Assembly: GCA_044339985.1 (NCBI GenBank)
Contig: JBIIUM010000004.1
Location: 1 to 58,985 of the forward strand
Reading direction: 5' to 3'
From: Burkholderiales bacterium
Lineage (GTDB): Bacteria > Pseudomonadota > Gammaproteobacteria > Burkholderiales > Ga0077523
Length of the DNA: 58,985 nucleotides
Below the pieces are notes generated by a model, which was not told the DNA's origin, made no database searches, and worked only from the letters and a program-made list of their open reading frames with translations. Both the position numbers and the translations under genes were made by a program. Positions 36,820 through 46,152 of the stretch are shown piece by piece (position 1 is the stretch's first letter; the number at the start of each line of letters is the position of its first letter).

Positions 36820-37359
36820 TCAGTCGCCCGGTTCAGCAGGTTTTGTGACGGGTGCCGGGGTGGGCGCCGGCGCCGGTGGACGCTGATAGGGTTCGGCCAC
36901 CCGGTTGCTGGACGAATTGACGCTTTGCCCCACCCGCAGCCGCACCCGGCGGCCGTTCTCGCCAAGGCGCAGGTCGGCGCTTTCGTCGGCCAGGCTGCCG
37001 CGGACGACGCCGCGCTCGCCCATGCGCTCGCTGACGGCCTCGTTGTTGATCCACACGGTAGCTTCACCGTCGCTGCGCCGCACGATGCCCTGCAGGGTGT
37101 AGGTGCTGCTCACCGGGGGCGCACTGGCTGCCTCCGCAGGCTTGGCGCGCGTCGCCGGCTTGGTGGATGGGCGCGTGCCCCGGGAGAGCAGGGCACGGCG
37201 GTCTTCGTCCATGGCAGCGCGCTGTTGGGGGGTGTAGAACAGCCTCCCGAGGGCAGGGGGGGCAGGGGCTGCCGCATCGGTATCCGGTGCAGGCTGGGCT
37301 CCCGCCAGGAAGGCTTGCATGGCCAGCAGAATGCCGCCGATCCAGCACCACGGGCTCAT
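36820..37359 (-). CDS. Exported accessory protein of the filament system (MshK/PilP position)
   Basis: Signal peptide, LGRLFYTPQQRAAMD, LQGIVRRSDGEATVWINN, VRLRVGQ; ATGA overlap with the upstream gene. Confidence 0.7.
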   Translation of the reverse strand: MSPWCWIGGILLAMQAFLAGAQPAPDTDAAAPAPPALGRLFYTPQQRAAMDEDRRALLSRGTRPSTKPATRAKPAEAASAPPVSSTYTLQGIVRRSDGEATVWINNEAVSERMGERGVVRGSLADESADLRLGENGRRVRLRVGQSVNSSSNRVAEPYQRPPAPAPTPAPVTKPAEPGD

Positions 37360-37967
37360 GGCCTTTTCTCCGTCTCCACGTCCGGCACGGTGATCCAGGC
37401 GATCTCGCACTCCGCACTCACATTGGACAACGTGCCGGAGGGATCGGCGCCCCCGGTACGCGTCAATTGGCAGGCGTTGATGGTGAACAGCCCGGTGCGT
37501 TTCTCGGCCAGGCTGCGGAAGAAGCGCATGAGGTCTTCCTCGTGAACCAGGGGGATGGTGAGCCTTGCGATGGATTGACGCACGGGCAGGTCGCCGGCCC
37601 CCAACTCGTTCGCCAGCGGGTAGGGGCCTTGTTGCCCGATCTGGTACTGCAGGTTGTCCAGGGCCAAGTCGCGGTTGGCCGCGGATAACCCGTCGACCCA
37701 CGTGAGGCGTTGCTCGGCGCCCACGAAGCCCAGCGCCTGCAGTGCCTGGTACGTAGGCAGGTAGCGTTGGATCAACGCCTTTTCGCTGCCGGCATTGCTT
37801 TGCTTCAGGCGAGCATCGGAGAGCTCGCGTTGCTGGACCGCGAGCCGCTGTTGGGCGGCGCTCACCAGAGTTTCCGAATGGCGCGCCAGCTGCACCGCGC
37901 CAACCGTCACCACCGCAAGCACGGCCACGGGCAGCAGCAAGGGGGGCACAGAGCGGGGCCGCTTCAC
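37356..37967 (-). CDS. Bitopic alignment-complex protein (PilO/GspM-like)
   Basis: N-terminal TM segment, coiled coil, HEEDL followed by beta-rich C-terminus; overlaps both neighbours. Confidence 0.7.
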   Translation of the reverse strand: MKRPRSVPPLLLPVAVLAVVTVGAVQLARHSETLVSAAQQRLAVQQRELSDARLKQSNAGSEKALIQRYLPTYQALQALGFVGAEQRLTWVDGLSAANRDLALDNLQYQIGQQGPYPLANELGAGDLPVRQSIARLTIPLVHEEDLMRFFRSLAEKRTGLFTINACQLTRTGGADPSGTLSNVSAECEIAWITVPDVETEKRP

Positions 37968-39523
37968 GTGCCGCCCCCGCCCTCGCGCATGCGAACCATA
38001 ACCTCGAAAACAGCGGAAGCCTTTCGTTGCGCGCGAGCGCTGGTGGAACCAGACAGGACCTGCTGCGAACTGTCGTCCAGGGGATACTTGACTACGCGCA
38101 CGTCGGCCACCGCAGGATTGGCGCGCAGTTGCTCGGTGAACAGCCGAATGGTGTCCACGGCGGCGCGGTAGTTGCCATCGAAGGGCGAGATTTCACCCAA
38201 AACCATCCCGGTGGCGCTGGGGGAATCACCCCCCGGGCCAGGATTGACGGGGCCGCCAAGGGCGCCGGATTGACTGGATTTTCCGTAGCGCCAGTTGATG
38301 GTTTGAAGCGAGATGGACGGCGCCTTCTCCAGCGCCTGGGAAAGCGCCAGCAACAGCGGCTCCGGGCTTGGCGCCGTGGCACGCAGACGCTGCGCGAATT
38401 CGGCCGTTTTCTGCATGACCACCGCGCTGGCAGGCGCGGCGGGAAAATCCCGTGTCAGTTTCTCGTACAAACGGAGGAAGCGCTCAGCTTGCGCGGCTGC
38501 CTCCACGGTCTGATCATCAAGGTCCACGGCGCGGTACAACTCGGTTCCGAACCAAAGGCTACCAGCGGCGGCCACCACCCCGCTGGCGACAAACAAAAGG
38601 TGGCGCAGCCGGTAGAGCCGGTAGTCGGACACCATGTCCGCCATCGCCAGGCTGGGGGCCGAGACCTTGCCGCCCAGCAGGTGCAGATGCAGGGCATCGC
38701 GCGAGGTATCCAGTACGGTGGCAGGAATCCCCAGTCGCTTGACCAAGGCAGACTGGGGCAGGTGCTGGCACAGGAGATTGACACCCAGGTTCAGGATTCG
38801 CTGCGGTAACAGCGTCAATGAGTCGTCCTGGTCGAGGATAGCCACCTGTATCACGTCGTCAGCGGTGGTGATGCCCTGGGAGTCGAGATACAGGCGCGTG
38901 TTGCGTACTTCGCTGGCGAAGACTATCTCCAGCCCGCGATCCTCGGAGGCGTGCAGCGGCGTGAGGCGGGAGAGGCGGAACACGCCGTCCTTGAGGAAGG
39001 TCTGGCGCAGCCCTGCCTGCTGCCGGGATATGAGCAGCAGGTTGCGCGTGTCGAGCTTCAGGAGTTTGGCCACGGCGGGTGTGACCGTAGGCAGCGCATG
39101 CACCGCCACCAGGGGCAGGCCGCGCTCGCGCAGGATGCGCAACCAGGGCGTGATGGCTTCCGCCCCGGTCAGGGCGCAGAACATCGCAATATCCTCGCGC
39201 CGCCCGCCGGTCTTGCCCGTGCCTTGGGAGACGACGCTCGCCGCACAGAAGGGGGTGCCGCGGTAGTACTGCTTGAGCTTGCGCGCCAGCAGGTCCCGCC
39301 GGTCTCTCCCGGTGGTATGGGGCAACGTCTCGAAGCGGTAGTCTTCCTCCGGGCTGTCCACCACGACCAAGGCGGGCGTCCCGGTGGATTTTTCAACCCA
39401 TGCGCCAAAGGCCGTGAGGCCATCGTCATCCGCCCCGAAGGCGCTCACCTCGACGAGGTTGCGTTCCCACCGGGCGACCGTGGCGCCGGACGGAGACAGG
39501 CAGATCAAGACGCGGCGGGCCAT
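37964..39523 (-). CDS. GspL-like (PilM-PilN fused) alignment-complex protein
   Basis: About 310 aa cytoplasmic domain (VVDSPEEDYRFETLPH, LRQTF, FRLSRL), one TM segment, then coiled coil and PilN-like periplasmic domain. Confidence 0.7.
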   Translation of the reverse strand: MARRVLICLSPSGATVARWERNLVEVSAFGADDDGLTAFGAWVEKSTGTPALVVVDSPEEDYRFETLPHTTGRDRRDLLARKLKQYYRGTPFCAASVVSQGTGKTGGRREDIAMFCALTGAEAITPWLRILRERGLPLVAVHALPTVTPAVAKLLKLDTRNLLLISRQQAGLRQTFLKDGVFRLSRLTPLHASEDRGLEIVFASEVRNTRLYLDSQGITTADDVIQVAILDQDDSLTLLPQRILNLGVNLLCQHLPQSALVKRLGIPATVLDTSRDALHLHLLGGKVSAPSLAMADMVSDYRLYRLRHLLFVASGVVAAAGSLWFGTELYRAVDLDDQTVEAAAQAERFLRLYEKLTRDFPAAPASAVVMQKTAEFAQRLRATAPSPEPLLLALSQALEKAPSISLQTINWRYGKSSQSGALGGPVNPGPGGDSPSATGMVLGEISPFDGNYRAAVDTIRLFTEQLRANPAVADVRVVKYPLDDSSQQVLSGSTSARAQRKASAVFEVMVRMREGGGGT

Positions 39524-39531
39524 CGCGGGCG

Positions 39532-40731
39532 CTATACCTTGATCTTGCCGATCATGTCGTAGACGGGGGAGAGAACGGCGAACATGATGAGCGCCAACAG
39601 CCCGCCGAGTACCAAGGTCAAGGCGGGCTCGATCATCTTCAGCGCTTTGTCCACGGAATCCTTGACGTCCCGGTTGTAAAAATAGCTGATGTTGAGCAGC
39701 GCCGTATCCAGTGCCCCGGTATTTTCGCCCATGCGCAGCATCCGGATCACCAGCGGCGGGAACAGCCCGAGTTTCTCGAAGCTATGAGAGACCGGCTCCC
39801 CGGCATTGATTTGTTGCCAGGCGCGGTTCAAACCATCGGCGACCACCTTGTTGCCAACGACTCCCTCGGTGATGCGGATGGCATCGAGCACCGTCACGCC
39901 GGAGCGGTACATGAGCGCGAAAGCATTGGCGAACCGTGACAGGATGATCTTTTGCAGGATGGGCCCAAGCACGGGGAGCTTCAGTTTGAGGCCATCGAAC
40001 TTGAACGCGGCCCTGGAGTTCGACTTCACCGCCGCCGCCGCCGCCCCGCCCGCCAGAAGGGGCACGCTCAACAGCGCCCACCAGTAGTTCACCACGAATC
40101 CGGAAATCGCGATCAGGGCTCGAGTCTGCCAGGGCAGGTCCACCCGCATGGTCTTGAGAACCCCCACCACCTGGGGCACGAGATAGATGAGCAGGAACAG
40201 CAGCACGGCGGAAACCACCACCAGCACCATGGCGGGATAGATGAGCAGCTTCTTCGTCGTGCTGGCGAGCTCGTCCTGCCACTTGAGCGTGGCGGTGAGA
40301 TTCTCGAATACTTCTTCCAACTGGCCGGTTTGCTCGCCCGCTCTGACGAGGTTTACGAAAACGGAATCGAACACCGTGGGAAACGCGCTCATGGCCTGGG
40401 ACAACAGCTTGCCGCCTTCGATATCCTCGAGCATGGAGGCCACGATGGTCCTGAAACGAGGACTGGGCAGCGTGTCGCGCAGGTCGCGCAGACCATCAAC
40501 CAGCGGGATACCTGCCCGGGCCAGTTGCTCGATGTCAAAGCAGAAATTGATGACGTCCTTGCGGTCAATCGAGGCAGCGGTCGCCGATCCGGCGCTCGTC
40601 TGGCGGAAACTCACCAGATCGAGTCCGATGTGCTTCAAGCGCGCCTCCAGATCGGCATCGTTGACCGCATCCATGCGGCCGGTGGTGCCCCGGCCCGCCT
40701 GGTCTATTGCCTTGTACTGAAAGGAGGGCAT
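39532..40731 (-). CDS. Inner-membrane platform protein (GspF/PilC/MshG family)
   Basis: MPSFQYKA, AGIPL, EGGKLLSQAM, AGEQTGQL, YPAMV, GENTGALD, IEPAL. Confidence 0.95.
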   Translation of the reverse strand: MPSFQYKAIDQAGRGTTGRMDAVNDADLEARLKHIGLDLVSFRQTSAGSATAASIDRKDVINFCFDIEQLARAGIPLVDGLRDLRDTLPSPRFRTIVASMLEDIEGGKLLSQAMSAFPTVFDSVFVNLVRAGEQTGQLEEVFENLTATLKWQDELASTTKKLLIYPAMVLVVVSAVLLFLLIYLVPQVVGVLKTMRVDLPWQTRALIAISGFVVNYWWALLSVPLLAGGAAAAAVKSNSRAAFKFDGLKLKLPVLGPILQKIILSRFANAFALMYRSGVTVLDAIRITEGVVGNKVVADGLNRAWQQINAGEPVSHSFEKLGLFPPLVIRMLRMGENTGALDTALLNISYFYNRDVKDSVDKALKMIEPALTLVLGGLLALIMFAVLSPVYDMIGKIKV

Positions 40732-40777
40732 CGGGTCGGCGGTGTTGCGGCGCCAGTTGCCGCAGGACGGCGCGTGG

Positions 40778-42526
40778 TCAGGCCAGGCGTCCGGTCAGGT
40801 CGATGGAACGAGAGACTTCGGCGAGGCTGGTCAGGCCCTCCAGCACCCGCGCCACGCCCTCGTCGGCCAGTGGGCGAAACCCCTTTTCCACCGCCATGCG
40901 GCGCAGTTCGCGGGTGGTTGCTCGGCGCGCCACCAGTTCGTCCAGGTCGCCGTCCATGTGCAGGATTTCCAGCACCGCCACGCGTCCCTTGAAGCCGCGG
41001 CCATTGCAGTGCCTGCACCCGCCCTCGGTGTGGCGGCAGATCGTATCCGTGCTCGGCGGCGGCAGCCCGAGGATGTGCTTCTCCTCCAGCGATGGCTTGT
41101 ACTCGGTCTTGCAGTGCGCGCACAGGGTTCGCACCAGCCGCTGGGCAATCACCCCGATCACGTTACCCGCAATGATGTCAGGCATGACCCCGATATCGAA
41201 AAGTCGAGGGAATGCCCCCAGCGCCGAGTTGGTGTGGAGCGTGGTGAACACCTGATGGCCAGTCATGGCAGCACGGAAAGCCATGTCGGCGGTGTCCTTG
41301 TCGCGTATTTCCCCCACCAGGATGATGTCCGGATCCTGACGCATCATGGAACGGATGCCGTTGGCGAAATCGAGTTTGACCGATTCGCTCACGGAGGTCT
41401 GGCGCATCAGCGGCACCGGATACTCCACCGGATCCTCGAGAGTCATGATGTTGACTCCCTCCACGTTCATCTGCGCGAGCAGCGAGTAGAGAGTGGTGGT
41501 CTTGCCCGACCCGGTGGGTCCGGTGATCAGCAGGATGCCCTCGGGGCGAGCCAGCATCAGGTTGAGTTTTGCCATCACCGGTTCGGCGAGTTGCAGCTGT
41601 TCGAGGGTGATGATGGACTTCTCGCGATCGAGCACCCGCAGGACGATGTTCTCGCCGTGAATGGTGGGATGGCTCGCCACGCGGAAGTCCACCGGCCGGC
41701 CATTCAGGTTCAGCGACAGTCGCCCGTCCTGGGGCGCGCGCGTCTCGGCGATATTCATGCCGCTGATGACCTTGAGGCGAACGGCGATGCCGGGCCAGTA
41801 CATCTTGTGCAGGCTGCGAATCTGCTCGAGCACCCCGTCAATGCGATAGCGCACCCGCAGGAAGGCCTGCTCGGGCTCGAAGTGGACGTCGGACGCGCCA
41901 CGCTTGACGGCATCGATCAGCAGCGCCCCCACCAGCCGCACGATGGGCTGGGTGTACTCGTCATCGGCAGCCTGGAGGCTTTGCCAGTCGAGCTCTCCGG
42001 TCTCGATCTCTCGAAGTATGCCGTCCACCGACAGTTCGTGACCATAGAACTGGTCGATGTAGTCTTCGAGCTGGGCCTGGCCCGCGAGCACGGTGCGCAG
42101 TTGCACGTCGCCGGGCAACGAGGCGCGCAACTGGTCGATGACCATCACGTTGAACACCTCCGTGACGGCCACCAGAAGCACGCGAGCCGTGGCGTCGAAC
42201 GCAATGGGCAGCAGGCGGTTTCGGCGAGCGAATTCCTGCGGCACGAGCTTCAGCGCCTCGGCATCCACCACCACCTCAGCCAAGTCGATGGCGTCCTTGC
42301 CGATGGATCGCGCCATGATGTCGCGAACGGTGGCCTCGGTGACGAACCCCAGGCGCACCAGCAGCCTCCCCACCGGCATCTTCTGGGTTTTCTGCTCCGT
42401 GAGGGCGATGCGCAATTGGTCTGGCGTTATGAGCCCTTCCTGGACAAGCAACTCCCCCAGGCGCATCTTGCGCCGTTGGTCGGAAGCCACCGCCCGCGTC
42501 TGCGCTGCGCTGACCGGCGCGTTCAT
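40778..42526 (-). CDS. Assembly ATPase (GspE/PilB/MshE family) with MshEN motif
   Basis: RLGELLVQEGLI, ASDVHFEP, RYRIDG, PQDGR, GPTGSGKTTTLY, TLEDPVE, MRQDPDIILVGEIRD, AAMTGH, tetracysteine motif. Confidence 0.96.
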   Translation of the reverse strand: MNAPVSAAQTRAVASDQRRKMRLGELLVQEGLITPDQLRIALTEQKTQKMPVGRLLVRLGFVTEATVRDIMARSIGKDAIDLAEVVVDAEALKLVPQEFARRNRLLPIAFDATARVLLVAVTEVFNVMVIDQLRASLPGDVQLRTVLAGQAQLEDYIDQFYGHELSVDGILREIETGELDWQSLQAADDEYTQPIVRLVGALLIDAVKRGASDVHFEPEQAFLRVRYRIDGVLEQIRSLHKMYWPGIAVRLKVISGMNIAETRAPQDGRLSLNLNGRPVDFRVASHPTIHGENIVLRVLDREKSIITLEQLQLAEPVMAKLNLMLARPEGILLITGPTGSGKTTTLYSLLAQMNVEGVNIMTLEDPVEYPVPLMRQTSVSESVKLDFANGIRSMMRQDPDIILVGEIRDKDTADMAFRAAMTGHQVFTTLHTNSALGAFPRLFDIGVMPDIIAGNVIGVIAQRLVRTLCAHCKTEYKPSLEEKHILGLPPPSTDTICRHTEGGCRHCNGRGFKGRVAVLEILHMDGDLDELVARRATTRELRRMAVEKGFRPLADEGVARVLEGLTSLAEVSRSIDLTGRLA

Positions 42527-43950
42527 TGGGTGCCGTCCTCGAGCGGGGCGAGTTGCCCGATGCGCGCCACGGCAGCCTTCTGGTCGAAGCCAGCGCGGCC
42601 CTGGGAGAGGGACAGTTCCATCGCTTTGCGATAAAACTGCAGGGCGGGCTTTGGCTGGCCGAGGCGATCGAGGCTCACGGCGAGGTTGAAGGCGAAATCA
42701 GGATTGCCCGGCTCGGTCTGGAAGGCCTGGAAGTAGGCTCGCTGCGCCTGTGCCCATTGGGACTGGCTGGCGTGCAGGTTTCCAAGCGTGAAATACAACT
42801 GACCGGACGGTTCGCGGGAGATCATTTCCCGCAACCGGCTTTCCGAGCCTACCGGGTCCGATGAGCCCATCAGGCCGATGATCCCGGAGTGGGCGGCGGC
42901 ATTCTGCGGATCGAGGTCCAACACGCGTCCGTAATACTCGCCCGCTCGTTCGGTGCGCCCCTGCCGCCAGGCAATGGAGGCAAGACCCAACAGGGCGTCG
43001 ATGTTGCGCTGATCCAGGGCCAGCACCGATTCATAGGCCGCCTCTGCCTCGGCGAGCCGCCCTCGCTGGGCGTGCCCCCAGGCCTCCTCGATGCGGGCGA
43101 CGACCCCGCGTGGCAATTCCGTGGGCTGCACCTTGACGCGGTCTTCAACGGGCACTGTGGGTACGTTGCCCGCGGCACGGGTCTTGGGACGCTCCAGCCG
43201 CGCCGGCTCGACGCTGGAATTCTGTTCGCGCGGGGTGGCTTCAGGCCGTTTGCGGGCACCGGGTGCCCGAAGGGTGGGTGCGGGGAGGTTGGAGAGATCG
43301 TCCGCGCTGCTCAAAGACAGTCTGGCGCCAGCGGACGTTTCACCCGGCCCCACCCTGGGCGATGATTCCTCCGCCGCCCTCGGCGTTTTCTGGGCAACAG
43401 CGGGTTCCTGATTGGCCCCAGGAGCAGACGGTGCGGTTTGCGCGGGTGCGGCAGCGGGCAAACCGGGTGGCGGTGCATCGAGGATGTCGGGCATGGGCGC
43501 ACCGGTTTTTGGTACGCCTGGGGACACTGCGGTCCGGACTGCCATGGGCCGGGGCTGGCGATTCTCGTCGTGCGGTGCTCCGGAGAGCATCCCTGGATTG
43601 AATATGGCGATGTACACGTACACCCCATAGCCCAGCATGAAAACCGCCGCCGCACCGAGGAAAAGGGGGACTGGCCGAAGGTTGAAGCCGGACAGCAGGC
43701 GGGGCCGGGGTTCGCGAGCCTCGGCGCCGAGCACTGCAGCGGCTTGCTGAGGAGACGGTTCCGGACCCTCGGCGCCCGTGGAGGTGGCCGACAGGTCGCC
43801 AAAGGCAGGAGCGGATGAGCCTATGAAGGGTTCCGCCGGCTGGATCTCGCCTGGCTCCAGTTCGAGCCCGGAACGAGAAACGTCCGAGTCGGTCTGGACC
43901 GATTCGCGGTTCTTGGCCGCCTTCTGCAGGGCCTGGAGCAGCAGGCTCAT
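42523..43950 (-). CDS. Bitopic TPR protein (MshN-like)
   Basis: MSLLLQALQKA N-terminus, one TM segment, Pro/Ala-rich linker, C-terminal TPRs (ALLGLA, YFTLGNL, FAFNLAVSLD). Confidence 0.82.
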   Translation of the reverse strand: MSLLLQALQKAAKNRESVQTDSDVSRSGLELEPGEIQPAEPFIGSSAPAFGDLSATSTGAEGPEPSPQQAAAVLGAEAREPRPRLLSGFNLRPVPLFLGAAAVFMLGYGVYVYIAIFNPGMLSGAPHDENRQPRPMAVRTAVSPGVPKTGAPMPDILDAPPPGLPAAAPAQTAPSAPGANQEPAVAQKTPRAAEESSPRVGPGETSAGARLSLSSADDLSNLPAPTLRAPGARKRPEATPREQNSSVEPARLERPKTRAAGNVPTVPVEDRVKVQPTELPRGVVARIEEAWGHAQRGRLAEAEAAYESVLALDQRNIDALLGLASIAWRQGRTERAGEYYGRVLDLDPQNAAAHSGIIGLMGSSDPVGSESRLREMISREPSGQLYFTLGNLHASQSQWAQAQRAYFQAFQTEPGNPDFAFNLAVSLDRLGQPKPALQFYRKAMELSLSQGRAGFDQKAAVARIGQLAPLEDGTQ

Positions 43951-43956
43951 GGCGGG

Positions 43957-45870
43957 TCAGCGTGCCCCGGGAGCGTCAAGGGACCCAGCGCCCATCTGCT
44001 CGGTGCGTGGCAGCAGCCGGCGCAGGCCCTTGAGTTCGTCCGAGTCGAGGGACGGGTTGGACACCACCACCGGCCGCAGAAAGATCACCAGCTCGGACTT
44101 GCGCGCCAGTTCATTGCGGTAGGCGAACAGGTCTCCGGCACGGGTGTTGCCCAAACCCGGCACCTGGTTGCGGTTGCGGTCCACCTCGTCCTTGATGAGG
44201 CCGCCGAGGATGGCTGTCTGCCCGCTCACCACCTGCAGAACGGATTCGATCTCTCGAACCTCAACCACGGGGATCTCGTTCTTGAGGTTCCTGTCTGCGA
44301 GGGTTGGGTTGGGGTCTGCGACAACTCCCACCTGGCTGGTGACCGTCGGGCGCACGGTAAGCGTGATTTGGCCGTTATCGTTGATCTGTGGCGTCATGCT
44401 CATCACCAGCCCGATGGGCACCGTGCGCGCGGTGGTGGTGACGTTGGTGGTGGAGCCCGCATTCACAGTGGTCAGGACGGTGGATTGAACGGTGAAGTAC
44501 ACCTGGTTGCGCACCACCTTGAGCAGCGCCGTCTGGTTGTTGAGCGCCATCAACTTGGGGCTGGAGAGTACGCGGGCGTTGCCGAACTGCTCCAGCAGCT
44601 TGAGCGTGGCGAAGATGTTGCCGGCCGCATCCGCGGAATAGCCCACGGTCATGGAGGGTGGGCTGCCCATGGCGCCGGCGGTCATGAGCTGACGGAAGGT
44701 GAAACCCGCCCCCGGGCTTCCGGCCACGCGCCCCCAGTCCACGCCTGCCTGGTATTGACGCGACAACTCCACTTCCACGATGGTGGCTTCGATCAGCACC
44801 TGGCGCTGCACCGACGACATGACGCTGTCCAGGTACTCCCGCACCAGGACGTGCTGGGCCTGGGTAGCCATGACCGTTACGGTCCCGGCCACGGGGTTCA
44901 CCACTACCTCGTTGATCACATCGCCAGGAATGGGCGCCGCCTGCTGGCCGTCGAAAGCGGTGGCGAAGAGGTCCTTGGCATTTTCCCCGGCGCGGGCGAC
45001 AGCTTCTGCCTGAGCGATGCGCTCATCGCGGCGCTGCTTGAGCGCCTCGGCCCGGGCGGCGCGCTCCTCGGAGGATTGTGTCTGGGCCCGCGTGGCCGAC
45101 AGAATCGACTTGACGTTGCCTTCCAGAGTCTTCCAGAAGTCGTTGGTCGAGGTGGTGGTCACCGTGGTGGACGAAGCGTTGGCTGCACCCCCCCCGCCGC
45201 CGCCTCCTCCTCCTCCGCCCCCGCCCCCACCACCCGCGCCGCCGGTTCCGACGGTGGCGATGATGCCCGACACGCCCACGGTGGAGTCGGTATTTCGGAC
45301 GACGTTCACGTAATTGACTCTGTAGGTGCTGATGTAGGGCGTGTCGGCCTGTACCGAAATGGAGCGCCCGTCCTGCTTCCAGCGCAGGTTGGCCTGCCTA
45401 GAAATGCGATCCAGGATGGCGGGCAATGTTTCGTCTATGGCGTTGAGGCTCACGACCCCAGTGATGCCGGGATGGACGTCGATGTTCTGCCTGGTGTCGC
45501 GGGCCAGCGCGAACAGAAGTTCCTTCACGGGTACTTCGTTGACGACCACGCTGTAGGTGGGCAGCGTCGGCTTTGGCCGCGGCGCGGGTGGTGGGGGTAC
45601 GGAAACCGGCGCCGGCACATCCCCGGCGCCGGAGGGCGCCGCTGTAGTGTTGGCTGTGAGATGCCCCTCGGAAACGGGCAGGGAGGGCGCCCGGTAACTG
45701 CAGCCGGCAAGCAAACCCATGCCCAGGGCGATGGCCAAGGTAACCGTGGAGACGGGGATATGACAGGGAAGGAAGGAGGCCCGACCCGCGCCGCCGCTTC
45801 CCGCGGCGCTGCTGCGAACAGGTTGTGCGTGCGCCCCTCGGCGGGCAAGGGCTCGCCTCTCGGCGGGCAT
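43957..45870 (-). CDS. Lipoprotein secretin (MshL/GspD family)
   Basis: Lipobox LAGC, VKELLFALARD, RQVLIEATIVEV, GVDW, LSSPKLMALNNQTA, ILGGL, KSELVIFLRP. Start uncertain (ATG 45927 or 45870). Confidence 0.92.
   Translation of the reverse strand: MPAERRALARRGAHAQPVRSSAAGSGGAGRASFLPCHIPVSTVTLAIALGMGLLAGCSYRAPSLPVSEGHLTANTTAAPSGAGDVPAPVSVPPPPAPRPKPTLPTYSVVVNEVPVKELLFALARDTRQNIDVHPGITGVVSLNAIDETLPAILDRISRQANLRWKQDGRSISVQADTPYISTYRVNYVNVVRNTDSTVGVSGIIATVGTGGAGGGGGGGGGGGGGGGGAANASSTTVTTTSTNDFWKTLEGNVKSILSATRAQTQSSEERAARAEALKQRRDERIAQAEAVARAGENAKDLFATAFDGQQAAPIPGDVINEVVVNPVAGTVTVMATQAQHVLVREYLDSVMSSVQRQVLIEATIVEVELSRQYQAGVDWGRVAGSPGAGFTFRQLMTAGAMGSPPSMTVGYSADAAGNIFATLKLLEQFGNARVLSSPKLMALNNQTALLKVVRNQVYFTVQSTVLTTVNAGSTTNVTTTARTVPIGLVMSMTPQINDNGQITLTVRPTVTSQVGVVADPNPTLADRNLKNEIPVVEVREIESVLQVVSGQTAILGGLIKDEVDRNRNQVPGLGNTRAGDLFAYRNELARKSELVIFLRPVVVSNPSLDSDELKGLRRLLPRTEQMGAGSLDAPGAR
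45187..45234 (-). repeat. Poly-glycine coding tract (about 16 codons) in the secretin
   Basis: Mixed GGT/GGG/GGC/GGA codons, in frame. Confidence 0.9.
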
Positions 45871-45938
45871 TGGTGCGCACCAAAAGGAGGAAGCGCGGGG
45901 CCTTGAGTTGGGAGGGGGCGTGAGCATGGACTAATAAT

Positions 45939-45967
45939 AATATGAGCGGGGTCGAAACGGCTGTAAA
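45939..45967 (-). promoter_or_regulatory. Candidate sigma70 promoter for the secretin-to-minor-pilin operon
   Basis: Minus strand TTTACA-N17-CATATT within an AT-rich patch (TATTATTATTAG). Confidence 0.4.
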
Positions 45968-46152
45968 TACTTGATGCAGCGCGAGACTGCCCATGTCCGT
46001 CGGTCGTGGGCCTGCTGGAGGTTCCGCCCCCCGGGGTGTTGGGAATCGATGCCCGAATGGACCGTTGCCAGACTCACCACTGATGCTAACGGCCGAACGG
46101 CAGCGTACTTGAGAGGGGCATACCCCGGGCATTGCCCGGGAAATGGGGGCGG

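Noticed and set aside
45866-45882. Palindrome TGGTGCGCACCA as a sigma54 promoter for the secretin
   Set aside because: GG-to-GC spacing is 11 nt, not the required 10, and the site overlaps the probable start codon.
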